NCBI GenBank assembly: GCA_017608625.1
Contig: JAFCFN010000003.1
Coordinates: 3,068-67,067, forward strand
Length of the DNA stretch: 64,000 bases
Direction of reading: 5' to 3'
Source of the DNA: Candidatus Woesearchaeota archaeon
GTDB lineage: Archaea; Nanobdellota; Nanobdellia; Woesearchaeales; JAFCFN01
Under the pieces are notes generated by a model. That model saw nothing but the letters and a program-made list of their open reading frames with translations. It was not told where the DNA came from and did not search any database. This document shows, piece after piece, positions 19,941 through 30,014 of this stretch (positions are counted from its first letter, which is position 1; every line of letters starts with the position of its first letter). The position numbers and the translations under genes are program-made.

Positions 19941-20299
19941 TTTTTATCTTTAGCCTCTTTATGAGTCATAATTCCTTGCGATGTAGAAACAATTAATATA
20001 CCAAAATCCTTTGCAGGCAAGTATCTCTTCTCAAATTTGGTAAACTCATTCTTTTTAACAGCAAATCTTGGTTTTATAACTCCACACTTGTTTATATTTC
20101 CAATTAACTGCACCTCTATAAATCCTCCTCTACCATCATCCACAAACTTAAACTCTCCAAGATATTTATGATCTTTCATTATTGCAAAAACTTTTTGGAT
20201 TATTTTTGATGCTGGTTTTATCTTACATTCTCTTTTTCCAGCCTTCTCACTATGATTAATCATAGATAATGCATTTGCTAATGGATCATTTAGTGACAT
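19907..20299 (-). CDS. rps8: Ribosomal protein S8 (uS8)
   Basis: [28 protein letters not shown]-terminus. Confidence 0.85.
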   Translation of the reverse strand: MSLNDPLANALSMINHSEKAGKRECKIKPASKIIQKVFAIMKDHKYLGEFKFVDDGRGGFIEVQLIGNINKCGVIKPRFAVKKNEFTKFEKRYLPAKDFGILIVSTSQGIMTHKEAKDKNCGGRLLAFCY

Positions 20300-20307
20300 T
20301 TTAACCT

Positions 20308-20541
20308 CTAACTATATTTTTTAAAACCAATCTTAGTAGCAATTTCTCTAAAACACTGCCTGCATAGATCTAGACCACATTTACTAATATGTCCACCACT
20401 AGTTCTGCCACATCTGGAACATTTAGTAACAGCTCTACCAAATTTCCTTTCTTTAGGTTTGTTGTGCTTAAGATATTTCTTTAGCTTTACAGGCTTCACT
20501 TTTAGTTGTGCAAAAACCTTTCTATAATCGCTTGCTGTCAT
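20308..20541 (-). CDS. rps14: Ribosomal protein S14 (uS14, Zn-ribbon type)
   Basis: [26 protein letters not shown]. Confidence 0.8.
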   Translation of the reverse strand: MTASDYRKVFAQLKVKPVKLKKYLKHNKPKERKFGRAVTKCSRCGRTSGGHISKCGLDLCRQCFREIATKIGFKKYS

Positions 20542-21074
20542 TCTTCCACCTTTACACTAAATTTCTTTTTCATAAACTCAATCGCCTCTTCTTTTGTTAT
20601 TTTATGTGATTTTGATATCTTTCTTTTCATCTTCTTTCTTTTTCTAATTCTAAAACCTCTCCTTTCCAAAGTAATACACACCTCTAATCCCATTATCCCT
20701 ATCTCTGGATTATACTTTACTCCATGTATGTCTATATATTCTTCTATTCCAAAACTTACATTTCCATTGTCATCGAAACTGTTGCTTTTCAAAATTTTAT
20801 CTTTAGCTTCTAATAAAGCAACTAGTAATTTTTCAGCTTTATCTTTTCTCAATGTTACCTTAGCACCTATAGGTAAGCCAGGTCTCAAGCCAAATTCAGG
20901 TATTCTTTTCTTAGCAAATGTTTTAACAGGCTTAGCATTAGTAATGGTTTTTAATAATAATAGAGCTTTATCTAATTTATTCTGATCAGTTCCACAACCA
21001 ATATTCAGAGTTATTTTTTCTACTCTTATCTCCTTCATAGGGTTGCTTTGAAAAGTTTTTGATTTTTCTGACAT
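20538..21074 (-). CDS. rpl5: Ribosomal protein L5 (uL5)
   Basis: [18 protein letters not shown]...[11 protein letters not shown]. Confidence 0.9.
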   Translation of the reverse strand: MSEKSKTFQSNPMKEIRVEKITLNIGCGTDQNKLDKALLLLKTITNAKPVKTFAKKRIPEFGLRPGLPIGAKVTLRKDKAEKLLVALLEAKDKILKSNSFDDNGNVSFGIEEYIDIHGVKYNPEIGIMGLEVCITLERRGFRIRKRKKMKRKISKSHKITKEEAIEFMKKKFSVKVEE

Positions 21075-21075
21075 T

Positions 21076-21759
21076 TTAATAACTCAACAATGATATAGCA
21101 GGTTTTTCTTTTCCAACTACAAACAAATGATCTTTTATTGCATCAAACAATTTTGTTCCAATTTTACATTTCCATATATTATCTTTTACATCACTTGCTG
21201 TCGCAACCATGCCTATGTGCTTTCCACCTATCAAATATACCAAAGAACCTTTCTCCAATTTAATGTGCTTTTCAATTTTATTCTTATTTAATAATACACT
21301 ATCTCCTACTTTGTAATCATTTGTCTTATCAACTAGAATATTTCTTCCATTGTGGAGATTAAGTTGACATTTTCCTTTGACTAAACTTTTATTCACGATT
21401 TTACAAAGCAAAAGATTTGCTTCATCTTTAGTTATAGCCAAAAGCTCTAGTTCATTTTTTTTGTTTATCAACATTCTAAAATACTCATTTGTAGAAGGGA
21501 TTGATATCACATCCATCAAGCCAACAAAAAACTTAGGATCCTTTCTCCTCACACCATCAACATATATTTCATTATTTAGTAAAATGCTTTTTACCTCTTT
21601 GGCATTTTTCGCCTTTTTTAGAATATCCCTAAATATTACAAGAAGAGGAATTCCAAAATTAAATTTTCCACCTGGAAAAGGTCTTACTACAAACCTTATC
21701 TTTTTCCTTTTTATATTCCACGTCTTTGGCATAGCATGTCTTTTAATATGTGCTTTCAT
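21076..21759 (-). CDS. rps4e: Ribosomal protein S4e
   Basis: HIKRHAMPKTWNIKRKKIRFVVRPFPG. Confidence 0.9.
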   Translation of the reverse strand: MKAHIKRHAMPKTWNIKRKKIRFVVRPFPGGKFNFGIPLLVIFRDILKKAKNAKEVKSILLNNEIYVDGVRRKDPKFFVGLMDVISIPSTNEYFRMLINKKNELELLAITKDEANLLLCKIVNKSLVKGKCQLNLHNGRNILVDKTNDYKVGDSVLLNKNKIEKHIKLEKGSLVYLIGGKHIGMVATASDVKDNIWKCKIGTKLFDAIKDHLFVVGKEKPAISLLSY

Positions 21760-22169
21760 TTTATACCTCTTTCAACAATCTTTTTCCTCATTTTATCATC
21801 TAAATTTAATTCAAGTATTAACAGATTTGACGGGTGAATAGGTCTAGGAACACTTGTTCCATCTTTTTTTGTAACTGTTATTCCTTCAATATACACCTTC
21901 TCCTTCTTGACATTAATACGCTCTATTTTTCCTGATTGTCCTTTGAAGCTACCTCTCAAAATTTTAACTTTATCACCTTTTCTTACTGCTAAAGATCTTT
22001 TTTTATATTTCTCCCTTAACTCTTTGCATAAATGAGCAGATACGAGTTTACGTTTTATATGTAAAGGAGCATTACGTCTATACTTTCTTTGCTTTTTTGC
22101 TTGTTTACTTGATTTCCAACTTTTTGACCATTTCTTTTGATTCTTCATTTTAAACAATAATGCTAGCAA
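21756..22169 (-). CDS. rpl24: Ribosomal protein L24 (uL24) with a basic N-terminal extension
   Basis: KGDKVKILRGSFKGQSGKIERINVKKEKVYIEG KOW motif. Confidence 0.85.
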   Translation of the reverse strand: MLALLFKMKNQKKWSKSWKSSKQAKKQRKYRRNAPLHIKRKLVSAHLCKELREKYKKRSLAVRKGDKVKILRGSFKGQSGKIERINVKKEKVYIEGITVTKKDGTSVPRPIHPSNLLILELNLDDKMRKKIVERGIK

Positions 22170-22551
22170 CCTTGGCTATGCCTGGCCATCTATCACAGGC
22201 CTCTTTTGCTATAGCTCCTTTGAATATCGTTCCTTTAGGATTACCTTCTTCATCTTTTAGCACAACAGCAGCATTATCTTCAAATTTTATTCTTGTCCCG
22301 TCAGGTCTTCTATACTCTTTTTTCTGTCTCACTATTACAGCAAAAACTATTTGTTTTCTCATATCAGTTCTTCCTTTCTTAACAGATGCTAAAACTAAAT
22401 CTCCAACACCTGCTGCAGGTTTTCTTCCCTTAATAGTTTTCAAACCTTTTACAGCAAATATTCTAATAACCTTGGCTCCACTATTATCACAAGTCTCTAT
22501 TAGACTACCTACAGGTATTGCTCTTGTTATTTTTGCTTTAACTGCTTTCAT
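22150..22551 (-). CDS. rpl14: Ribosomal protein L14 (uL14)
   Basis: ETCDNSGAKVIRIFAVKG...AVIVRQKKEYRRPDGTRIKFEDNAAV. Confidence 0.9.
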   Translation of the reverse strand: MKAVKAKITRAIPVGSLIETCDNSGAKVIRIFAVKGLKTIKGRKPAAGVGDLVLASVKKGRTDMRKQIVFAVIVRQKKEYRRPDGTRIKFEDNAAVVLKDEEGNPKGTIFKGAIAKEACDRWPGIAKVASIIV

Positions 22552-22853
22552 TTTTCACTTCTTTTTTCAACAACTACAAAATGTTTTGTTTTACTTAAAG
22601 GTCTACACTCTACAACTTTTACTATGTCTCCTTCACTGGCAGAAATACAATCAGGATTATGAGCTTTTAATCTAATTCTCCTCTTTTCATATCTTTCATA
22701 TTTTGCCAGATAATGTATTCTTTCAAACTCTATTACGACAGTTCGATGCATTTTAGCAGAAATAACTCTTCCAACAAAACTTCTGCCTCTAGTTCTTAAT
22801 GTACCGTGAATTGGGCAATTTTTATCTGTACATTTTGCTTCTTTCATTTTCAT
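22548..22853 (-). CDS. rps17: Ribosomal protein S17 (uS17)
   Basis: RGRSFVGRVISAKMHRTVVIEFERIHYLAKYERYEKRR..HNP. Confidence 0.85.
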   Translation of the reverse strand: MKMKEAKCTDKNCPIHGTLRTRGRSFVGRVISAKMHRTVVIEFERIHYLAKYERYEKRRIRLKAHNPDCISASEGDIVKVVECRPLSKTKHFVVVEKRSEK

Positions 22854-23086
22854 GCCTTTAACCTCTCCTCAGGTCTTCCAATAAGTTGTTCACCGCGTAT
22901 TTTTTTCTTATTTATTTCAATTACAACATCTTTTTTGATTATTTTTCTTATTTTCCCTTTACTTTTTATTATCAATAAATTTTTTGTTTCATCTATAATC
23001 TTGCCTTCTAATCCAATATTTGCTTTATTTTTGCTATCAACAATTTTGATAGTTAAGCCTATCAATTCCTTTCTTATTGTGTCCAT
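22850..23086 (-). CDS. rnp1: RNase P protein component 1 (Rpp29/Pop4)
   Basis: LIGLTIKIVDSKNKANIGLEGKIIDETKNLLIIK...RPEERLK Rpp29 signature. Canonical position between L29/SUI1 and S17. Confidence 0.7.
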   Translation of the reverse strand: MDTIRKELIGLTIKIVDSKNKANIGLEGKIIDETKNLLIIKSKGKIRKIIKKDVVIEINKKKIRGEQLIGRPEERLKA

Positions 23087-23096
23087 TGTATTTTTA

Positions 23097-23405
23097 TTAC
23101 TGAATATCTATTCTATCAGCATCAAAACCTGCTTCAACCAAAAGCTCTTTCACTCTGGCTCTATGGTCTCCTTGCAATTCTATTATACCTTCTTTTACTG
23201 TTCCTCCACATGCAAGTTTTTGTTTAAGTTTCTTTGTAATTTCTTTTAGGCTTACTTCTTTTTCGTCTATACCACCAATCTGTGTTTCAAGTTTACCGAA
23301 CTTCTTTTTTACCAATCTTACTTTTATTTTCTGGCTCTCTTTTGCTATAGTCTCACAAACACAGAGTTCTTTTGGCAAGCCACATTTGCTGCATATTTCA
23401 GCCAT
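23097..23405 (-). CDS. Translation initiation factor aSUI1 (eIF1)
   Basis: CSKCGLPKELCVC Zn-ribbon then VRLVKKKFGKLETQIGGI...LACGGTVKEG SUI1 fold. Confidence 0.85.
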   Translation of the reverse strand: MAEICSKCGLPKELCVCETIAKESQKIKVRLVKKKFGKLETQIGGIDEKEVSLKEITKKLKQKLACGGTVKEGIIELQGDHRARVKELLVEAGFDADRIDIQ

Positions 23406-23419
23406 ACTTTTTTATCCCC

Positions 23420-23617
23420 TCATTTATTTTTTTGATTTTGGACTGTTAAAATCCTAGCAATTGTTTTTTTAATCTGTTTGAGTTGTTCAGGGTTTTTCAT
23501 ACTAGCTTTAGTTGCTCTTTGAGCATTAATTTTAATTAATTCCTTTCTCAATTCATTCAGTTTTTCATTTAACTCTTCCTTGCTCATTTCTCTAATTTCT
23601 TTTATCCTCAGTGCCAT
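23420..23617 (-). CDS. rpl29: Ribosomal protein L29 (uL29)
   Basis: LRIKEIREMSKEELNEKLNELRKELIKINAQ. Confidence 0.8.
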   Translation of the reverse strand: MALRIKEIREMSKEELNEKLNELRKELIKINAQRATKASMKNPEQLKQIKKTIARILTVQNQKNK

Positions 23618-23618
23618 C

Positions 23619-24275
23619 TTAGTTTTCCTTTTCTTCTTTCTCTTTTTCCTCCTCTTTTACTTCTTCAACTTTTTCTTCTTTGGTTAATATGTTTACTTTA
23701 TCAGGCAATTTAATTGTAGGAGGCATTATGCTGATTTTAATTCCAATAGCCCCTGACTTCAGATTAGCTGTTGCATATGCTTTATCCACTCCAATACCAG
23801 CTAAATCTCCGCATTTTTTTAAGTAGCCTTGATAAAATCTCCAACTTTTCGCTCTTGCACCAGGAATTTTACCAGAGATAACTATCTCAACTCCTAATGC
23901 ACCAGCACCCATTACTTCTTCGATTATTTTATGCCCAATAGCTTTGAATTTTGATGTACCAAATCTTTCCAATAAACTAGCAATTTTTTCTGCAACAATT
24001 CTAGCATCTAAACTTGCATTTTCTACTTCTCCAATTTCGATCTGAGGATTTTCTAAACTAAACTTTTCTTTTAACATTGCAGTTAATTTTGTAATATTTT
24101 GTCCTTTTGTACCAACAACCAAACCAGGTCTAGAAGCATAAATAATGATTTTTTCTCCTAAAGGTGTTCTTTGTAGTTTGATTTTACTTTGCCCAACCTT
24201 AGGAAGATTTTTAGCTATAAATTCCTCTATTTCATATTCTTTCTTTTTTTGAGACACTAATTTTCTCTCCATCAT
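23619..24275 (-). CDS. rps3: Ribosomal protein S3 (uS3) with a K/E-rich C-terminal tail
   Basis: KH domain GQSKIKLQRTPLGEKIII...GLVVGTKGQNI and S3 C-domain blocks. Confidence 0.9.
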   Translation of the reverse strand: MMERKLVSQKKKEYEIEEFIAKNLPKVGQSKIKLQRTPLGEKIIIYASRPGLVVGTKGQNITKLTAMLKEKFSLENPQIEIGEVENASLDARIVAEKIASLLERFGTSKFKAIGHKIIEEVMGAGALGVEIVISGKIPGARAKSWRFYQGYLKKCGDLAGIGVDKAYATANLKSGAIGIKISIMPPTIKLPDKVNILTKEEKVEEVKEEEKEKEEKEN

Positions 24276-24709
24276 TTTTTCTCACTTCCTTCTTCTGCTT
24301 TCTTCTTTGCTTCCTCCACAATAACTTCTACATGAGTTCTTTTCATTAATCTTCCCCTATGTCTACTATAACGTATCGGTTTAGATGCCTTATCAGCTTT
24401 AACATGTTTCAATACTAAAGATGCTGTATTCAATCCTTTATAACTTGCATTAGCTTCTGCCAATTTAAGGATATTTAAAATTTCGGCACACGCTTTTACA
24501 GGAAATTTACCTCCTCCTGCCAAACCTTTTTTATGCCCTGCACCTTCTGTAAATCTTTTGAATGGAATTGCCTGTTTCTTTTCTATAACCCGTTCCAGTA
24601 TTTCTTTCGCTTTTTGTAGACTTTTTCCTCTAATAAAAGAGCATATCTCTATTGCATTCTTTGTAGAGATTGATAAATTCTTCCCAACCGCTTTTGCTGT
24701 CTCTTTCAT
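24272..24709 (-). CDS. rpl22: Ribosomal protein L22 (uL22)
   Basis: NLSISTKNAIEICSFIRGKSLQKAKEIL...HRGRLMKRTHVEVIV. Confidence 0.85.
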   Translation of the reverse strand: MKETAKAVGKNLSISTKNAIEICSFIRGKSLQKAKEILERVIEKKQAIPFKRFTEGAGHKKGLAGGGKFPVKACAEILNILKLAEANASYKGLNTASLVLKHVKADKASKPIRYSRHRGRLMKRTHVEVIVEEAKKKAEEGSEKK

Positions 24710-24710
24710 T

Positions 24711-25094
24711 TTATTTTACAGATATACTTGCACTGGATCTAGTTGCACCAATTCCAGGCGCCGAGTGTTCTACTTTTTTCCTTGTTAATGCAAACTCTCC
24801 TAATCTATGACCAACCATCTCTGGCTGGATTAAAACAGGAACAAAACCATTACCTTTGTGAACATGTATTGTGATCCCAATCATCTCTGGCACTATTATC
24901 ATATCTCTACAGTGTGTTCTAATATTCTTTTCTTTAGCTCTTATTTTTTTAAGTAGATCTTTTTGAGCTTTTGTAAAACCTCTTTCTAAACTCCTTCTTT
25001 CTCTCGATTTAAGCAATAATGCAAACTCTTTCAGACTCAATTTTTTCAATTCTTCTACTGTTTTACCTTTAAATGTAAATTCTTTCTTTGCCAT
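24711..25094 (-). CDS. rps19: Ribosomal protein S19 (uS19)
   Basis: [36 protein letters not shown]. Confidence 0.9.
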   Translation of the reverse strand: MAKKEFTFKGKTVEELKKLSLKEFALLLKSRERRSLERGFTKAQKDLLKKIRAKEKNIRTHCRDMIIVPEMIGITIHVHKGNGFVPVLIQPEMVGHRLGEFALTRKKVEHSAPGIGATRSSASISVK

Positions 25095-25095
25095 T

Positions 25096-25809
25096 TTATT
25101 TCTTTCTCCTTCCTGTTCTTCTAGGTCTTAACATTCCTACTTTTCTACCAGGAGGAGCATGTTTAGGCGCTATTGTTGGTCTACCTTTTCTACTTGTCCT
25201 TGTTCCACCGAATGGATGGTTAATAGCATTCATAGCTGCTCCTTTAACATGAGGATAAAATCTATTCTTAGCTTTCATTGCATGATATTTATTTCCAGCT
25301 TTTACAAAAGGTTTTTCAGTTCGTCCACCTCCAGCAATTATACCAATTGTAGCTCTACACTCTCCTAAAAATTCTTTTGTTTTCTTTGAAGGTAATAGCA
25401 CAACTACCCTATCTTTTATTTTACTTACTACCTTGGCAAAAGTTCCAGCAGCCCTAACAAACTTCCCACCATCACCTGGTTGGGATTCTATATTATAAAT
25501 TTCAGTTCCTTCTGGGATATTCTTTAAGGGCAATGTGTTACCAATTCTAATTTCTCCTTTTTCAGCAGCACTGATTATTTGTCCAACTTTTACTCCTTCT
25601 GCACTAATTTCCAATGTTTTTTCACCATCATCATATTCAACAACAGCTAAAGGTGCTGAGTGTCCAGGACATTTTATTAAATCAACTATTCTGCCTGCAC
25701 TTTCCTTACCAAAGGTTTTGTTTCTAGCTTCTCCAGCATATCTAAAACTTGGAGCTCTAAAAGTACTGCTACCTTTCCCTTTCCTCTGTTGAATCAGGCT
25801 TTTTCCCAT
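25096..25809 (-). CDS. rpl2: Ribosomal protein L2 (uL2)
   Basis: [17 protein letters not shown]...[12 protein letters not shown]...GRRKK. Confidence 0.9.
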   Translation of the reverse strand: MGKSLIQQRKGKGSSTFRAPSFRYAGEARNKTFGKESAGRIVDLIKCPGHSAPLAVVEYDDGEKTLEISAEGVKVGQIISAAEKGEIRIGNTLPLKNIPEGTEIYNIESQPGDGGKFVRAAGTFAKVVSKIKDRVVVLLPSKKTKEFLGECRATIGIIAGGGRTEKPFVKAGNKYHAMKAKNRFYPHVKGAAMNAINHPFGGTRTSRKGRPTIAPKHAPPGRKVGMLRPRRTGRRKK

Positions 25810-25814
25810 TTTCT

Positions 25815-26075
25815 TTACATTAATCCTAACTCAGTTGCCACATCAATAGCAGGATTAGCTTTATTAAATTTAACATAAGCTTTTTTTCTTCCACTACTAT
25901 CAATGGATGTATTGACTTTATCAACTTTAACTTTGAATACTTTTTCAATTTCTTCCTTGATCACTTTTTTTGTGGCCTTTTTATCAACTACAAAAACTAA
26001 TTTGTTTTCACTTTCCATCAATCTCATTGATTTTTCTGTTGATACAGGATATTTTATGGTTTTCATTTTACACAA
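25815..26075 (-). CDS. rpl23: Ribosomal protein L23 (uL23)
   Basis: IKYPVSTEKSMRLMESENKLVFVVDKKATKKVIKEEIEKVFKVKV. Confidence 0.85.
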   Translation of the reverse strand: MCKMKTIKYPVSTEKSMRLMESENKLVFVVDKKATKKVIKEEIEKVFKVKVDKVNTSIDSSGRKKAYVKFNKANPAIDVATELGLM

Positions 26076-26874
26076 ATAATTTTTCTTTAGATAATCTTTC
26101 TATTGCCCCTTCAGTCCAGATAGTTAATCTTCCAATATCTGCTCCAGGAGCCAAAAGATCAGCATTAAGGTTTTTCACCAAACAAACATCTACTCCAGGA
26201 ATACTCTTTGCAGATTTCTGCAATTCACACTCTTTAGACACTACAATTAAAGGACCTTTCTTTTTCTTGTAAGTTCTGCCCCTGCTTTTTCCTTTTCCAG
26301 CCCTAACTTTCTTTTTATTAACCCTTTCTAACTCCTCTTTCAAATCAATTTTTTCCAAAACCTTTTTCACTTTAGATGTTTTATCTAATTCTTCAAATTT
26401 ATTTTCAATTATAATTGGATAAACTTTTGGTAAAACGTGATTCCTCTTTTTAACTAATTCAGCAACAACTGCTGCAGATATAGCAGATCTTATAGCTTTT
26501 CTTCTTTCCTTTTTGTTTATTTTTTGCTTCCATATTTTCTCTGATTTTGGAGGATGCGCTTTTCTTCCACCTACTGTTCCGGGTGCAAAAGCAGCAACCC
26601 AATAAAACCTTCTACCTCTTCTTGTTAATATCTTTCTTGGAACTCTGCTTATTCCATAACCATAGCTTCCTCTGTAATCTCTCCTTCTTTTAGACAATTT
26701 AGCACTAGCCCTTTTCCCAGCTTCAGGCTTTGTACCATATGCCTGTCTATTATTTGATTGCAGAGCCAAAACAGCTCTCTTAACTAGATCAGGTCTTATC
26801 TCTTCAGAAAATTGAATAGGTAGATCTATTTTTTTGATTTCTTTTCCATCTAAACTTAATAACGGAGCTTTCAT
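26068..26874 (-). CDS. rpl4: Ribosomal protein L4 (uL4/L1e)
   Basis: Operon position; AYGTKPEAGKRASAKLSKRRRDYRGSYG...GPLIVVS blocks. Confidence 0.85.
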   Translation of the reverse strand: MKAPLLSLDGKEIKKIDLPIQFSEEIRPDLVKRAVLALQSNNRQAYGTKPEAGKRASAKLSKRRRDYRGSYGYGISRVPRKILTRRGRRFYWVAAFAPGTVGGRKAHPPKSEKIWKQKINKKERRKAIRSAISAAVVAELVKKRNHVLPKVYPIIIENKFEELDKTSKVKKVLEKIDLKEELERVNKKKVRAGKGKSRGRTYKKKKGPLIVVSKECELQKSAKSIPGVDVCLVKNLNADLLAPGADIGRLTIWTEGAIERLSKEKLFV

Positions 26875-26876
26875 AC

Positions 26877-27860
26877 TTACTTGCCTTGTTTACTTTCTAG
26901 TGAAATATATTGAATAGTAGGAACTTCTTGAATCATTTTTTTATTAGGTCTCATAGGATAACTCATCTTTATAAGTCTTTTAGCACACCCTGGAACAGAC
27001 CCTTTTAGTAACACATAATCATTCTTAACTAAACCATATCTTATAAAACCACCTTTAGGATTAATTTCTTCCCCTTTATCTCCAATTTTTATAATCCATT
27101 TGTTTTTTTCAGTTCTTACATTATAACCAGTTTTACCAGCATGGGCAACTCTCCACATTATATGTTGCTGTGCATTCCATGGTCCTAAAGAACCAGGAGC
27201 TCTTCTTCCTTTTTCTGATTTATGACTTTTCAGAGAAATACCAAATCTCTTTACAGGACCTTGCGTTCCTTTACCTTTTGTTACAGCATGAACATCTACT
27301 TGCTGGCCTTCTGAAAAAATATCTCTAACTGAGACCTCTTTTCCAATCAAATTTTTTAAGTATTCTAGTTTTTTATCCTTTTCACCACCAACTGCAATCT
27401 CAAAAACCTCAGGCTTTTTCTTACCTATTCCTGTTTTTTTAGGTTGAGTATAAACAATTGCTCTTACATCATCAAAATCTTTTATGTCCTCTATTTTTTT
27501 CTTTAATTTTTCAGGTAGAATTATTTTTCTAGATAATTCCTTATCGAGATTTTGTGAAAGGATAGAAGCAGAAAGAGTTAAACCATAGGGAGTTTTCTTG
27601 TAAAAATTCACCCCAAGAACCTTTATAGTTGGACACTCAATAACAGTCACTGGAATTTTTATATCCTCACCTTTTGTTAATGAATGAGCTCTATTATCAG
27701 TAATTATTATATGTGTCATACCTGCTTTATATCCTGGAAAACATAATAATTTTGTTTCTGATATAGTAGGCCAACTCCTAATTCTAGCATAAGGTTTTTT
27801 AGCCCTTTTTCTAGGCCAATACTGCAGACTCCCTTTCCTAGGTTTTCTTACGTTTGGCAT
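26877..27860 (-). CDS. rpl3: Ribosomal protein L3 (uL3); first gene of the super-operon
   Basis: FPGYKAGMTHII...VTKGKGTQGPVKRFG...MWRVAHAGKTGY. Confidence 0.9.
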   Translation of the reverse strand: MPNVRKPRKGSLQYWPRKRAKKPYARIRSWPTISETKLLCFPGYKAGMTHIIITDNRAHSLTKGEDIKIPVTVIECPTIKVLGVNFYKKTPYGLTLSASILSQNLDKELSRKIILPEKLKKKIEDIKDFDDVRAIVYTQPKKTGIGKKKPEVFEIAVGGEKDKKLEYLKNLIGKEVSVRDIFSEGQQVDVHAVTKGKGTQGPVKRFGISLKSHKSEKGRRAPGSLGPWNAQQHIMWRVAHAGKTGYNVRTEKNKWIIKIGDKGEEINPKGGFIRYGLVKNDYVLLKGSVPGCAKRLIKMSYPMRPNKKMIQEVPTIQYISLESKQGK

Positions 27861-28292
27861 TCTAACTCACTTGCCTTTTTGTTTTTGTAAACTGGCCTTT
27901 TTCTGCTTTTTTCTTTAGAATCAGACAGTCATAATTTACTTGCTTTTGCAAGCAGTGTTATGACAGCCAATGAAAAAAGCTTTTCAGGCCTAACCGCAAA
28001 ATCGGTTAACGCTTTAATGAGATTCAAAGCTTTGCTTTGAATTCCCTTTGTGTTTAACTAAATATTAAACACCCCTTGCTTGGAAATAACTCTTCCTTTA
28101 AAAAGCTATCCTTTTTGTACGTTAAATAAGTTAACAAATATTATAAATTTGTGTATTAATGTTAAATAGGTTAACATATATATAAATAGTATTGGTAATT
28201 CACTTTGTCATCACTAATATGTGGTAAAAAAATAGAAAGATTTAAATACTAGTTATGTTTTACTACTTAATATGATTAAGAGGTGAAACAAA

Positions 28293-28688
28293 ATGAAAAA
28301 ATTTATACTTAAAGATGGAAAGCTTATTAGTCTCCCAGAGCCAAACAAAGATTATCCTAATAAAAAATTAGATCGAGAAACTTTGGGAGAAATACTAGAT
28401 GATCTATGTGCAATAAATGCTGTTTTGGAGCATTGTGGTACTCTTTTGGATCTAAAAGTAAAAGATCCTGACTACTTAAATCCAACACTTTTTACTGAAG
28501 GTTCTGGATGTGGCCAAACATATAGAGAGTACCTTGAACAAATAAAATACGCCCTTGAGAATGGAATAAAGAGAAAAAGTTTCAGCAATGAAGATATACA
28601 AATTCTACGAGGTGTAAGAGCCCCCTATATAGATTCAGAGGGAATTACAAAAAAACTAGATTTTAACAAATCAAAGTACGGAATTTAA
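28293..28688 (+). CDS. Hypothetical protein
   Basis: ORF only. Divergent from the r-protein operon. No recognisable motif. Confidence 0.35.
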   Translation: MKKFILKDGKLISLPEPNKDYPNKKLDRETLGEILDDLCAINAVLEHCGTLLDLKVKDPDYLNPTLFTEGSGCGQTYREYLEQIKYALENGIKRKSFSNEDIQILRGVRAPYIDSEGITKKLDFNKSKYGI

Positions 28689-30010
28689 TTTTTCTTTTCA
28701 TTCTTTTTCTTATCTTTATTCAAATGAAATGTCTTTCTCACACTATAATTAACAGGGTTTTTAATCTTAGAACAAAGATTATCTGGCTTGCAAACACCAA
28801 TCTCTTTATAGTAAAGATTATTCGCACAATTTGGAGGCAAAACCTTTTTCTTGTGATTTTTATGATATTTTATTTGACTCATTAAATAGCCGTCACTTAG
28901 CGGTGTGCTATTTTTTTTATTCCATTCTCTGAGAAATTTTTCCATCTGTTCGTAATCCCAACCAAGACTTGATAAAAAATTAATCAAAATAAACAATGCT
29001 CTTTTTCTTCCATCTTCCAAACCTTTCAAAATCAATTTAATACACGGAGGGAAGAACTGCTCTTGAACAGCTTTTACAGGCACATTAAATTCTTTTGCAT
29101 TTTTAATACCTAAATTTTCTTCTTTTATATTAAAATCAAAAGCCTGTACAATTAGTTGTTTTGCCTCACCCTTAGTTACATTACTCCTTTCTAAAAAATG
29201 TCTTTCGACTTTAACATTTTCTGGCTTTGCTTTTTCTTTATTAAACTCCAAAACTTCATCAAGAGAAATTGGCAAAGAGATTAAACCGGATTTTTCATTA
29301 AAACAATAAGGCATTCTATAAAGATGTCTTTTAGAAATCAAAATAGTATCAATATCTACTAAGGAAAAAGGATCTAATTCATTATTTATGATTATTTCAT
29401 TAAATTTTTTCCCACTTTTCTTCATCAATTCTCTAATGTCATATTTTTTTAAAATTTCCTTAGCTAAGTGCTTTCTTACCATCTCTTTCAAATAAGCAGC
29501 TATCTTTCTCGGTCCATCTGGATATAATAATCTTGTTTCTTTGTCATAAACTTTATCAGGAAAAGCTTCGAATGGCACACCAATATGAAAACCCTTGTTC
29601 CCAGAAAATTTGCAAGAAACACTTTTAATGCCATAATACTTTAATGCTTTGATTATTAAATCAGCAGCTATTTTACTAAGCTCTAGATCACAGCTATCTA
29701 CATCCAAAACCAAATCCCAACCTTTTCTTAATGAATTCAACTCTTTTTCTTTCATATGTGTATCTATTTGTAATGGATTACTCCATAACTCTTCAGAAGC
29801 ATGAAAAGAGGTTGCACCCTGTTTAGCTAACTCCAGTATATCTCCTTCATGTTGTAATGTATCAGGCCTTTTTCCAAAACCTTTATTTCCATATTTAACT
29901 GCAATTTCTCTATCCTTCGCATTAGCTAGAATAGCCTTTTGTACATCCTTTCTTTTATAGTATTTTAGAAGAGTGCTTAATGTTAACATATTTATAACTA
30001 AGAATAACAA
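28685..30010 (-). CDS. DNA primase, fused small-subunit catalytic domain (PriS) and large-subunit Fe-S C-terminal domain (PriL-CTD)
   Basis: PriS motifs LVLDVDSCD (DxD) and FSGNKGFHIGV (SGxRG[YF]H). C-terminal FFPPCIKLILKG plus Cys at PPNCANN, GVCKPDNLC matches the PriL 4-Cys Fe-S domain. Confidence 0.75.
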   Translation of the reverse strand: MLFLVINMLTLSTLLKYYKRKDVQKAILANAKDREIAVKYGNKGFGKRPDTLQHEGDILELAKQGATSFHASEELWSNPLQIDTHMKEKELNSLRKGWDLVLDVDSCDLELSKIAADLIIKALKYYGIKSVSCKFSGNKGFHIGVPFEAFPDKVYDKETRLLYPDGPRKIAAYLKEMVRKHLAKEILKKYDIRELMKKSGKKFNEIIINNELDPFSLVDIDTILISKRHLYRMPYCFNEKSGLISLPISLDEVLEFNKEKAKPENVKVERHFLERSNVTKGEAKQLIVQAFDFNIKEENLGIKNAKEFNVPVKAVQEQFFPPCIKLILKGLEDGRKRALFILINFLSSLGWDYEQMEKFLREWNKKNSTPLSDGYLMSQIKYHKNHKKKVLPPNCANNLYYKEIGVCKPDNLCSKIKNPVNYSVRKTFHLNKDKKKNEKKN

Positions 30011-30014
30011 ATAT

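Noticed and set aside
17598-23249. Multiple 60-170-aa plus-strand ORFs (17598..17798, 18517..18804, 20506..20985, 21377..21841, 22160..22675, 22806..23249) and similar ones at 24558..24788, 25159..25368, 25535..25792
   Set aside because: All are antisense to well-supported ribosomal protein genes. They have low-complexity F/L/S-rich translations typical of AT-rich antisense frames.
27861-28292. Possible tRNA or 5S rRNA in the long rpl3 upstream region
   Set aside because: No acceptor/T-arm (GGTTCGAA) pattern and no 5S-like helices were found. Only the short hairpin motif is reported as a finding.
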